Assembly (NCBI GenBank): GCA_030041985.1
Contig: JASIAM010000264.1
Coordinates: 1 to 17,241, forward strand
Direction of reading: 5' to 3'
DNA from: Bryobacteraceae bacterium
GTDB lineage: Bacteria > Acidobacteriota > Terriglobia > Bryobacterales > Bryobacteraceae
DNA: 17,241 nucleotides
Within the stretch, counting starts at the first letter, position 1. The number at the start of each line of letters is the position of its first letter. The notes under the pieces were generated by a model. It had not been told where the DNA came from. It worked only from the letters and a program-made list of their open reading frames with translations, and made no database searches. The position numbers and the translations under genes were made by a program. Of this stretch, positions 1-7,384 are shown in pieces.

Positions 1-89
1 GGAAGGGCCCGCAGCGCGGTAAAAACGTGGAACGACGGGGTGTTGCCTTCGAACTGGCCCTGACTTCCTTGACTCGTCGTGCGGATCGG

Positions 90-755
90 TCAGGTTTCCT
101 TCTTCACAAATATCTGTGGCAGCAACTCTGGACGGTGGGTCAGCATGGTCGTCAACACGACGGAGGTCAATACGCCCTCTGCAACAGCCAAGGGCAGCTG
201 CATCGGCGCATAACCCATAAAGAAGATCACCCACTGCTTCAGCAGCGGCACATGGCCGTGCAGGCTCAAGGCCAACTCGAATGCGGCCACCAGGTAGGTC
301 ACCAAATCACCGACAAACCCGGCCACACCGGCCGCAAGCCACACCGGACACTCGATCGCACGCAGTATTTTCCAAAACACATAGCCCGACAGCCCGCCGC
401 AAATGCCCATGGAGAATGTATTGGCGCCGATGGTGGTTATTCCACCATGACCAAAGAAAATAGCCTGGAAAAACAAGACAATGGTGGAGATTACCGCGGT
501 GGCAAACGGGCCGATTAGAATCGCCGCCAACGCCGTGCCGCAGGGATGCGAACAGGATCCTGTGACAGGCACAGGTAGGTGCATGGCCGAGATCACAAAA
601 ACCGCGACACCCATCATGGCCAGAAACGGCTTGTACGACAGGTTTTCGCGGACTCGCCGCTTGATTTCGAAGATACCGGGCACCACAAACGCGACGGTGG
701 CTGCGTACCAACCTGCACATGCCTCTGCAGTTAGGATGCCGTCTTCGATATGCAT
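90..755 (-). CDS. cbiM: CbiM/NikM-like cobalt/nickel transporter substrate-capture membrane component
   Basis: Complete 221-aa ORF with stop at 90-92. The N-terminus MHIEDGIL matches the Met1-His2 metal-ligand N-terminal motif characteristic of CbiM/NikM. Strongly hydrophobic, multi-TM composition. Partner genes (cbiN/Q/O) would lie left of the window edge. Confidence 0.7.
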   Translation of the reverse strand: MHIEDGILTAEACAGWYAATVAFVVPGIFEIKRRVRENLSYKPFLAMMGVAVFVISAMHLPVPVTGSCSHPCGTALAAILIGPFATAVISTIVLFFQAIFFGHGGITTIGANTFSMGICGGLSGYVFWKILRAIECPVWLAAGVAGFVGDLVTYLVAAFELALSLHGHVPLLKQWVIFFMGYAPMQLPLAVAEGVLTSVVLTTMLTHRPELLPQIFVKKET

Positions 756-1061
756 TTAATCTCTCTCCTTTTCATTTGGCACGAGATGCGCCATTTTCCC
801 AAATGCTGCGACTTTTGCGTTTGACTTGATTGACATTCGGCTCGAAGCCGCCACAAAGGTGATTTGCTCCGGCTGAGAAATAGATACGAACCCCTGCCAA
901 CGTGGGCTCGCGGAACAGACAAACGCGGAAATTCATTGGAACGGAGCAACAAGTCTCCCTGCATTCACTGGATGAAACGGCTCATTCGGGCAGCAACTGG
1001 CCCTAGCATCCCGATTTTACATCTGAACACCTAACCGCCATAGGCCAAAGGGAGAATAGAG

Positions 1062-1085
1062 CGGTCACATGACGGTCACTGACCG
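1062..1085. promoter_or_regulatory. Overlapping GGTCA/TGACC inverted-repeat array (candidate operator)
   Basis: Sequence cGGTCAcaTGACGGTCAcTGACCg. It contains GGTCA-ca-TGAC and a perfect GGTCA-c-TGACC palindrome. It lies in the divergent cbiM / SPFH-ATPase intergenic region. Confidence 0.35.
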
Positions 1086-1170
1086 GCATGTAACCTATGA
1101 CAACCCAAACGAACTGCTCCACTTACGTATAAACGAACGTCGTGTCCAGACATCCCGTACTCCAGAGATT

Positions 1171-1179
1171 GTGCTAGAA
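1171..1179 (+). promoter_or_regulatory. Candidate extended -10 element (TGcTAGAAT)
   Basis: TGn-TAGAAT is ~205 nt upstream of the 1385 start codon in an AT-richer patch. There is no good -35. Confidence 0.2.
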
Positions 1180-1384
1180 TTTCGGCGATGGACATTTCGC
1201 CCTACGGTACCTTAGATGCGGGGGCGATTGACGCTCATCCATCACCGATTTAACTCAGCGGAGGCCGGTTCTGAATCTGCGTAAGACAGCCGCAGGCTTG
1301 GGTATTCCAAGCCGTCAGCTGCTCCTCCACTGGGGCATCGAGAGCGGGTAATAATCGAGGGCGTTTGTCCCTGGAGCACGATGT

Positions 1385-2497
1385 ATGTTTACCGATCAGA
1401 ATAATACCGACTTCCCCAACGAGGAGGAGCCGACCTTCCGGAAAGGGCTGCGCATCGGCGTAGCGGCCCTCGTTTTGGCTGCGGCGGTCGCTGCTGCTTG
1501 CATCGTAATGGTGCCGGCAGGTCAGGCTGAAGTCATTACGCGTTTCGGTAATCCCATTCGCGTCATTACGGAGCCGGGACTGGCATGGAAATGGCCGGCA
1601 CCGGTGGAAAGCGCGATTCCGATCGACTTACGTCTTCTTACCACGGCCACCGGGTTAGAGGATGTCGGCACGCGCGACGGTTTACGGGTTCTCGTGCAGG
1701 CCTATGTGGCTTGGCAGGTGCCGAGTAACCCTCAAGAGATCCGGCAGTTCCTGCGATCCGTGCGGAATCAGCCGAACGAGGCCGCCCGGCAGTTGCGCAG
1801 CTACGTCAATGCCGATCTGCACGTCATCTCGAGTAATTTTAACCTCGCCGATCTCGTGAATGTAGATCCGCAGAAGGTGCGTCTGAATGCCTTCGAGGAC
1901 CAGGTGCGTGCGAGGATCGCTCCCCGAATGCAGCAGGTGTACGGGATCGCTGTTCGGCAGATTGGGATCGAGCGGATGACATTGCCGGACGAAACGCTGG
2001 CGGCCACCGTGGCGCGTATGAAAGCCGATCGGGAAACCGTTGCCGCACAGCTAACGGCAGAGGGCCTTGAGAAAGCCGCTGCCATTCGCGCTGATGCCGA
2101 AAAAGAAGCGCGCGAAGTGGTGGCCGAGGCAAGCGAGAAAGCAGCGCGTACGGAGGCGGACGCTCAGCAGGCGGCGGCTCGCACCTACCAGCGCGCGTAT
2201 CAGAGTGACCCGAATCTCTACGAAACGCTGCGCTCGCTGGATACGATCAATCAGATCGTCAGCCACAGCACAAACCTTATTATGCGTACTGATGCGGCCC
2301 CATTCCGAATGCTGGTCGACGGGCCGCCGGGCGTAAAGAACGCCACTGCCAACGCCGCGTCTGTTGCCCAGCCGGCGTCCCCCGCGGCGAACTCGGCTAA
2401 TCCAACGGAGACGCCGGCTCCTGCAAAGGCTTCCCAAAAGCCGCCAGTTCCGAAGAAAAAAGACGCGAGTATCCCGGAGGTCGCCGGAAGGCAATGA
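1385..2497 (+). CDS. HflC-like SPFH/band-7 domain membrane protein
   Basis: 370 aa with one N-terminal TM helix (GLRIGVAALVLAAAVAAACIV). SPFH core begins VPAGQAEVITRFGNP...EPGLAWKWP. C-terminal region YGIAVRQIGIERMTLPDETLAATVARMKADRETVA...YQSDPNLYETLRSLDT aligns by eye with the HflC coiled-coil and C-terminal motifs. Stop overlaps the next start (ATGA at 2494-2497). Confidence 0.8.
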   Translation: MFTDQNNTDFPNEEEPTFRKGLRIGVAALVLAAAVAAACIVMVPAGQAEVITRFGNPIRVITEPGLAWKWPAPVESAIPIDLRLLTTATGLEDVGTRDGLRVLVQAYVAWQVPSNPQEIRQFLRSVRNQPNEAARQLRSYVNADLHVISSNFNLADLVNVDPQKVRLNAFEDQVRARIAPRMQQVYGIAVRQIGIERMTLPDETLAATVARMKADRETVAAQLTAEGLEKAAAIRADAEKEAREVVAEASEKAARTEADAQQAAARTYQRAYQSDPNLYETLRSLDTINQIVSHSTNLIMRTDAAPFRMLVDGPPGVKNATANAASVAQPASPAANSANPTETPAPAKASQKPPVPKKKDASIPEVAGRQ

Positions 2498-3606
2498 TAG
2501 GCGCGCCCGATTATTCGCCGGCCGGCGTGGACGAAGAGCCTCGCCGTGTTCTGGTTGGGCCGCAGCCCGGTCCGATCGCACAGTCGGTCGTGCTTGGTTT
2601 TCGGGCCTTGTATGTGGCCACAGTGCTGCTTGCGCTCTTCTGGGTCACAAGCGGTGTGCGCGAAATCGCATCCGACAGCCAAGTTGTCGTGCGCCGGTTC
2701 GGTCGCATCGTGCGTGCGCAGCAGACTGGTCTGCTCGTGGCGTGGCCGCGTCCTATCGAGCAGGTCCAGGTCTTGCCCGGACCGCAGCGGCAATTGACTC
2801 AAGACGTATCCGTGCTGCTCGCGCCCAGCGGAAAGTACCAGGAGGTGGTGTGGGGCGTCAACTCGAACACCAGAGCGTCGCGTACAGCCGCACCTCAGCA
2901 TGCCGAAGCATACCTGACAGGCGACGGCAACGTCGTACTCATCACGGCAAGCCTGATCTACCGGATCAACGATCCGATCGCGTACGCGCTCGAAGAGGAG
3001 CACGTCGGCCCCGCGCTCGATCGGCTTTTCCGTGCCACCGCAGTGCGGATCGCGGCCGGTAGAAACCTCAATGATTTTCTGGTCGTGCAGACCAATGCCG
3101 ATCAATCTCGCAATGGGCAAGCTCCCATCGCCCGGCGTAGTGAAGTCCGTGAGTCATCGCTTAGAGAGATAAACGATCGCCTACACGCTCTCGAGGCCGC
3201 CGGCGCCGGGCTGGGAGTGGAGATTGAGCAGATTAACCTGACGCCGTCATTGGCGCCCGCTGCCAAGGCCGCCTTTGATCAGGTGATTGTGGCGGATCAG
3301 ACTGCCGAGCGCGGCATGGCCAATGCGCGCACCGATGCCGAACGCCGCCGCCAGCAGGCCAACACCGAGGCCGAACAATTGGTCAGCGCCGCGGAGGCGA
3401 CAGCGAAGGAGACCGTAACCAAAGCTTCGGTCGATACGGCAAGCATCCTGGCACTCGTGCACGACGAGAGGACGTTTCAGAGCCGGGACAGTTTGTTATT
3501 GCGGGAATACCGTGCTCGAGTGGCGAGTATAATGAGCACCGGGCGAGTAACGTTAGTCGACCCAAAGAGCGGCGCGCGCGTCGTATTACCAGGAAAACAA
3601 CCATGA
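2494..3606 (+). CDS. HflK-like SPFH/band-7 domain membrane protein
   Basis: 370 aa with an N-terminal TM helix (ALYVATVLLALFWV). SPFH core is VVVRRFGRIVRAQQTGLLVAWPRPIEQV. HflK-like segments: YLTGDGNVVLITASLIYRINDPIAYAL and GVEIEQINLTPSLAPAAKAAFDQVIVADQTAERGMANARTDAERRRQQANTEAEQ. Translationally coupled on both sides (ATGA overlaps at 2494 and 3603). Confidence 0.8.
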   Translation: MIGAPDYSPAGVDEEPRRVLVGPQPGPIAQSVVLGFRALYVATVLLALFWVTSGVREIASDSQVVVRRFGRIVRAQQTGLLVAWPRPIEQVQVLPGPQRQLTQDVSVLLAPSGKYQEVVWGVNSNTRASRTAAPQHAEAYLTGDGNVVLITASLIYRINDPIAYALEEEHVGPALDRLFRATAVRIAAGRNLNDFLVVQTNADQSRNGQAPIARRSEVRESSLREINDRLHALEAAGAGLGVEIEQINLTPSLAPAAKAAFDQVIVADQTAERGMANARTDAERRRQQANTEAEQLVSAAEATAKETVTKASVDTASILALVHDERTFQSRDSLLLREYRARVASIMSTGRVTLVDPKSGARVVLPGKQP

Positions 3607-3651
3607 GTGCCACACCAGTTACCAGGGAAACAACCATGAGTGCCACAGCCA
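3586..3651 (+). repeat. 33-bp tandem direct duplication spanning the ATPase RBS/start and the upstream-gene stop
   Basis: TTACCAGGAAAACAACCATGAGTGCCACA (3586-3614) is repeated as TTACCAGGGAAACAACCATGAGTGCCACA (3619-3647). There is 1 mismatch in 29 nt, and the period of 33 nt is in frame. Confidence 0.85.
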
Positions 3652-5666
3652 GAATCGATCCGTCCTGCGCTCCTGGCGGTGGGACCTGTTTCGCGACGGC
3701 TGATGCCGTCACTTCGACTCTCCAGATTGACGCGACTCTCGGGACCGACCGATCAGGGCAGTTGCTGAATCGGGCCGAGCGTTTTGTGCTCGGTCTCCGA
3801 CTCACGCTGGCGCTCGCGGCGCTGTGTCTGGTCGCGGTTGCCAGTGGCGTGTATTTCTTCTTGCCGGCTGAGCGCGGGGTCGCCGATCTGGTGGCCGGTG
3901 TAGGCGCTGCTCTGGTTGCCGTTCCGGTATTCGTCGAGGCTTGGGCAAGCTTGAAGCATCCAAGCCTCGACGGCATTAGCGAGCGGTTGGTAGCTTTGGC
4001 GCTCATCGCCGCTTGGGCTACCGGCGATCTCATGACTGCTGCCATCCTGCCGATCATCATGACGATCGGCCATATATTGGAAGAGCGAAGCATGCTGGGT
4101 TCGCATGAGGCCATTAGCGCCCTGACCCGCTTGACCGAGGCTGATGTCCGGCGGCGACGGCCTGGTGGCGGCGTAGAAGTGGTGTCCGGCACGAATCTGC
4201 GGGTCGGCGACCTTATTGAATTGCGTGCCGGAGAGCGCGTGCCGGCCGACGGAATTGTGCGTCAGGGTGCCTCGACTCTTGACCTCGCCTCCTTAACTGG
4301 TGAATCGGTGCCGGTCGAAGTTGGCGAGGGTAACGAGGCACCGGCTGGCGCGATGAATCTGGATGGTCTGCTGCTATTGGAAATCATCCGTACCGGTGAA
4401 GAGAGCACCGTCGGACGGATCATTACTTTGATGCGGGACGCCGAGAGTTCCAAGCCACCCCTCACGCGGATGCTTGACAAATACGCTGGTCAGTACATGG
4501 CACTGGTTCTGCTCGTGGCCGGGGGCACATGGCTGATCAGCGGAAGCACGCCGGCGATGCTCGCCGTGCTCGTCGCGTCCTGCCCGTGCGCCCTAGTGCT
4601 GGCTGCGCCGGCAACCGCCGTCGCCGCTATCGCCGTGGCCGCGCGCCACGGCATCCTGATCAAGGGATCTGGCTTCCTGGAAAACCTGGCCGACATTTCC
4701 TCGGTGATCTTCGACAAAACCGGCACCCTGACCACGGGCAATCTGCATCTGGCGCGCGTCGAGCCGACCGAGGGTGCCGATCCAACTGTGCTCAAGCGTC
4801 TTGGTGCAAGTCTCGGTGCCGCAAGCAACCATCCGCTCAGTCGCGCCGCCGCCGCTGCGGTACCGAAAGAGGAGCGCCTGGGCCTCGAAGACGCTCGCGA
4901 GCTGGGCGGCTTTGGCGTTACCGGCATGTACGAGGGAGAAATCGTCGTGATGGGGCGCGCAGACTGGTTCGAGCGTCTCGGCATCGCGGTGCCCGCGCCG
5001 CCGGCGCACGTCGGGCCGATTGCCGGCGTCAGCCGGAACGGAAAGTTCTTAGGCTGGCTACTGTTTTACGATCAGTTGCGCAGCAGCGCTTCCGAAGCGG
5101 TGCAGGACCTGAAAGGGCTCGGCATCGAGCACATGGTGCTGTTGACCGGAGACCGGGCTGCAGTGGCCCATGAGGTGGCAGCCGAAATCGGTGTGGACGA
5201 AGTCTGGGCCGAGATGCTACCCGAGCAGAAGATGGATCGCGTTATGCGCGAGATCAAATCCGGCCACCGGCCCATGGTGGTCGGGGATGGCATCAACGAC
5301 ACGTTGGCGCTTCGCGCCGGGGCCGTCGGTGTGGCGATGGGCACGCAAGGATCTGATATCGCCTTGGCGTCAGCCGACCTCGCGTTGATGACCAACGATC
5401 TGCGGCGCCTCGGCACCTGCATTCGGCTCAGCCGCCGCTGCCGCCGGACGATCGCCGTCAACATCGTGATGGGCCTGGGATTCACGTTTGGCCTCGTGGC
5501 GCTGGCGGGCTTCAACGTTCTGGGCGCCTCAGCGCCGATCATCGCGGCGCTCCTGCACAACGTGAGTACGTTCCTGGGAATTGGCAACTCCGGTCGCTTG
5601 CTGCTCTTCGACGAGACGGATGCGGTTGCAGCAGCGACGGTCTCACAGACGCCAGTGACGACGTGA
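3603..5666 (+). CDS. P1B-type heavy-metal-translocating P-type ATPase, short form lacking an N-terminal HMA domain
   Basis: 687 aa. CPC motif in SCPCALVLAAP (P1B signature). Phosphorylation motif DKTGTLT. HP motif SNHPLS. Hinge motif GDGINDTLAL. Followed by MGTQGSDIALASADLALMTNDL. No GMxCxxC metal-binding domain at the N-terminus. An alternative in-frame start at 3636 is created by the tandem duplication. Confidence 0.9.
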   Translation: MSATPVTRETTMSATARIDPSCAPGGGTCFATADAVTSTLQIDATLGTDRSGQLLNRAERFVLGLRLTLALAALCLVAVASGVYFFLPAERGVADLVAGVGAALVAVPVFVEAWASLKHPSLDGISERLVALALIAAWATGDLMTAAILPIIMTIGHILEERSMLGSHEAISALTRLTEADVRRRRPGGGVEVVSGTNLRVGDLIELRAGERVPADGIVRQGASTLDLASLTGESVPVEVGEGNEAPAGAMNLDGLLLLEIIRTGEESTVGRIITLMRDAESSKPPLTRMLDKYAGQYMALVLLVAGGTWLISGSTPAMLAVLVASCPCALVLAAPATAVAAIAVAARHGILIKGSGFLENLADISSVIFDKTGTLTTGNLHLARVEPTEGADPTVLKRLGASLGAASNHPLSRAAAAAVPKEERLGLEDARELGGFGVTGMYEGEIVVMGRADWFERLGIAVPAPPAHVGPIAGVSRNGKFLGWLLFYDQLRSSASEAVQDLKGLGIEHMVLLTGDRAAVAHEVAAEIGVDEVWAEMLPEQKMDRVMREIKSGHRPMVVGDGINDTLALRAGAVGVAMGTQGSDIALASADLALMTNDLRRLGTCIRLSRRCRRTIAVNIVMGLGFTFGLVALAGFNVLGASAPIIAALLHNVSTFLGIGNSGRLLLFDETDAVAAATVSQTPVTT

Positions 5667-5795
5667 TCTTTGATCCGGGGTGGTTGAAGGAAGACCTTCT
5701 CGGCCAAGCGTGTTCGGTACTCGAAGCGAAATTGATCAAGCACCGGACATTGGGCACGACGCAGGCCGCTTTGGGTATACTCGGCCGACGACATC

Positions 5796-6497
5796 ATGGA
5801 TAGCATCCTCGAAGTAGGCCACCTCTCGGTGCACTTTGGCCGACGCCATGTGCTGCAGGACTTGAGCTTCAACGTCGAACGCGGAACCTCACTCGCCATT
5901 CTCGGGCCGAACGGCGCTGGCAAGACGGTTCTGTTCCGGTCGCTGATTGGTGCCACGCCCTATGACGGCACAGTACTCTGGGCCGCAGGCACGCGTATCG
6001 GCTATGTGCCTCAGAAACTGGATCTCGAACGTGACATCCCGATCACGGGACTCGATTTCTTAACGGCACGGACCGCGCTCGCGCATGGCATACGGACCGA
6101 TGTCTCGCGTGTGCTGGCGCTCGTCGGCATTCCCCCTGACGTGGCGAATCAGCCGATCGGCGTGCTCTCGGGCGGTCAGTTTCAGCGGCTGCTACTCGCC
6201 TTCGCTCTGGTCGGCGAGCCGAACGCGCTGCTGCTCGACGAGCCAACGGCGGGGGTGGACGAGCCAGGGCAGGAACAGATCAACGAGCTTGTCAGCGTTC
6301 TTCAGCAAAATCACGCGCTGACCGTCCTGTTCATCTCGCACGAGCTCACAGTGGTGAGCCGCTACGCCACCAACGTGCTCTGCCTCAGCCGTGGCGTATC
6401 GTGCTTTGGTCCGCCACGCACCATTCTCACGCCGGATCTCCTGCGTGATATGTACAGCACTGACATGCACTTCCACGTTCACGAGCACGACCGATGA
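5796..6497 (+). CDS. znuC: ZnuC/MntB-like metal ABC transporter ATP-binding protein
   Basis: 233 aa. Walker A GPNGAGKT, signature LSGGQFQRLLLAFAL, Walker B LLLDEP. His-rich C-terminal tail HFHVHEHD, typical of zinc/manganese-type ABC ATPases. Confidence 0.8.
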   Translation: MDSILEVGHLSVHFGRRHVLQDLSFNVERGTSLAILGPNGAGKTVLFRSLIGATPYDGTVLWAAGTRIGYVPQKLDLERDIPITGLDFLTARTALAHGIRTDVSRVLALVGIPPDVANQPIGVLSGGQFQRLLLAFALVGEPNALLLDEPTAGVDEPGQEQINELVSVLQQNHALTVLFISHELTVVSRYATNVLCLSRGVSCFGPPRTILTPDLLRDMYSTDMHFHVHEHDR

Positions 6498-7252
6498 CCG
6501 CTGACGCGCTGGCGCTCGCGGTGGCAATGGCCGTGGCCTCCGGCCTGATCGGCTGTTTTGCCGTGATGCGGCGGATGTCGCTCGCGGCCGACCCACTGTC
6601 GCACGTCGCGCTGCCCGGCATCGGCGTCGCCCTGGCGCTGCGGATCCATCCCATCTTCGGCGCCGTGGCGTTGCTGTTTTTCGGCGCGCTCCTGGTATGG
6701 GCCCTCGAGCAACGGACCCGAGCCGCCACCGAAACGATGATCGGGATTGTCTTCTCCGCGGCGCTGGCCGTAGGAAGCATGATGACCTCTGGCGAGAATC
6801 TGATCGAAGCGCTGTTCGGCGCCAGCGGCCCGCCCAGCACATCGGAATTGATCTTCGGCCTCGCCGGCGCATTCGCCGTAATCGTCTTCATCGTTACCCA
6901 ACGGGACAGCCTGATTGTGATGCTCGTCTCGCCGGAAGTGGCGCGCACGACTGGGATTAACGTTGGCCGGCTGAATCTGCTGTATCTTGAGGCCTTTGCA
7001 CTGACGATTGGGCTGGGGTTGCGCTACCTGGGCGTTTTGTTGATGGGGGCCCTGATTATCGTGCCCGCAGCCACCGCGAAGGGGATGGCACGCAATCTCA
7101 CGGGCATGCTCTACATGGCGGCCGGCATCGCTGTACTGGCCACCGTAGTCGGCACGTGGGCAGCGGTTTGGCTGCACCGGGCCAGCGGCCCGCTAATCGT
7201 GATGACAGCGACCGGCGTCTTCCTGCTGAGCCTTACGCGAAAACCCGCCTAA
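6494..7252 (+). CDS. znuB: ZnuB-like ABC-3 family metal transporter permease
   Basis: 252 aa, very hydrophobic multi-TM. ATGA overlap with the znuC stop (6494-6497). Size and composition fit the ZnuB/MntC/TroC permease family. Confidence 0.75.
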   Translation: MTADALALAVAMAVASGLIGCFAVMRRMSLAADPLSHVALPGIGVALALRIHPIFGAVALLFFGALLVWALEQRTRAATETMIGIVFSAALAVGSMMTSGENLIEALFGASGPPSTSELIFGLAGAFAVIVFIVTQRDSLIVMLVSPEVARTTGINVGRLNLLYLEAFALTIGLGLRYLGVLLMGALIIVPAATAKGMARNLTGMLYMAAGIAVLATVVGTWAAVWLHRASGPLIVMTATGVFLLSLTRKPA

Positions 7253-7269
7253 TTGATCGTCAGCTAGGT

Positions 7270-7310
7270 TCTATTCGATATCCCTTCCGCATACCGAGGG
7301 ATTGTGGTAG
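7270..7310 (+). terminator. Candidate stem-loop terminator after znuB
   Basis: ATCCCT (7270-7275) pairs with AGGGAT (7287-7292) around an 11-nt loop. It is followed by TGTGGTAGCATTTTAT, 18 nt after the znuB stop. Confidence 0.3.
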
Positions 7311-7384
7311 CATTTTATAGCTAGATATTTCGCCCCGATAAGCGAATACTAAGTCATTGGTATTGACGAGGTCTCCCGTAGTTC

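Noticed and set aside
27-518. 163-aa plus-strand ORF overlapping cbiM in antisense
   Set aside because: It is entirely antisense to a well-supported membrane-protein gene. The residue composition is Arg/Gln/His-rich with low complexity, typical of GC-rich antisense frames. No motif support.
731-964. 77-aa minus-strand ORF in the cbiM upstream region
   Set aside because: It overlaps the cbiM start and promoter region. Its Arg/Ser/Leu-rich sequence has no features, and it has no RBS. More likely non-coding leader or promoter DNA.
756-1000. Cobalamin riboswitch upstream of cbiM
   Set aside because: I read the minus-strand leader looking for the B12 box (GCCACTG-containing core) and the conserved GGTGCC/GGGAAG elements and found no convincing match. 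It cannot be excluded without an Infernal scan, so it is recorded as absent by eye only.
3383-4192. 269-aa minus-strand ORF antisense to the HflK-like/ATPase junction, and similar long antisense ORFs (4490-4984, 4593-5009, 5072-5956, 6192-6872, 6427-6948, 6479-7177, 7972-8400, 8223-8609, 8786-9367, 12096-12593, 13483-14259, 15916-16563)
   Set aside because: These are GC-rich shadow ORFs. Their proteins are Arg/Ala/Pro/Ser-rich with no domain signatures, and each is fully contained in a well-supported gene on the opposite strand.
5679-5696. Small hairpin GAAGG-aaga-CCTTC after the ATPase stop as a terminator between the ATPase and znuC
   Set aside because: A 5-bp stem with a 4-nt loop and no T-tract is too weak to call. 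The ATPase and znuCB are therefore treated as possibly co-transcribed.
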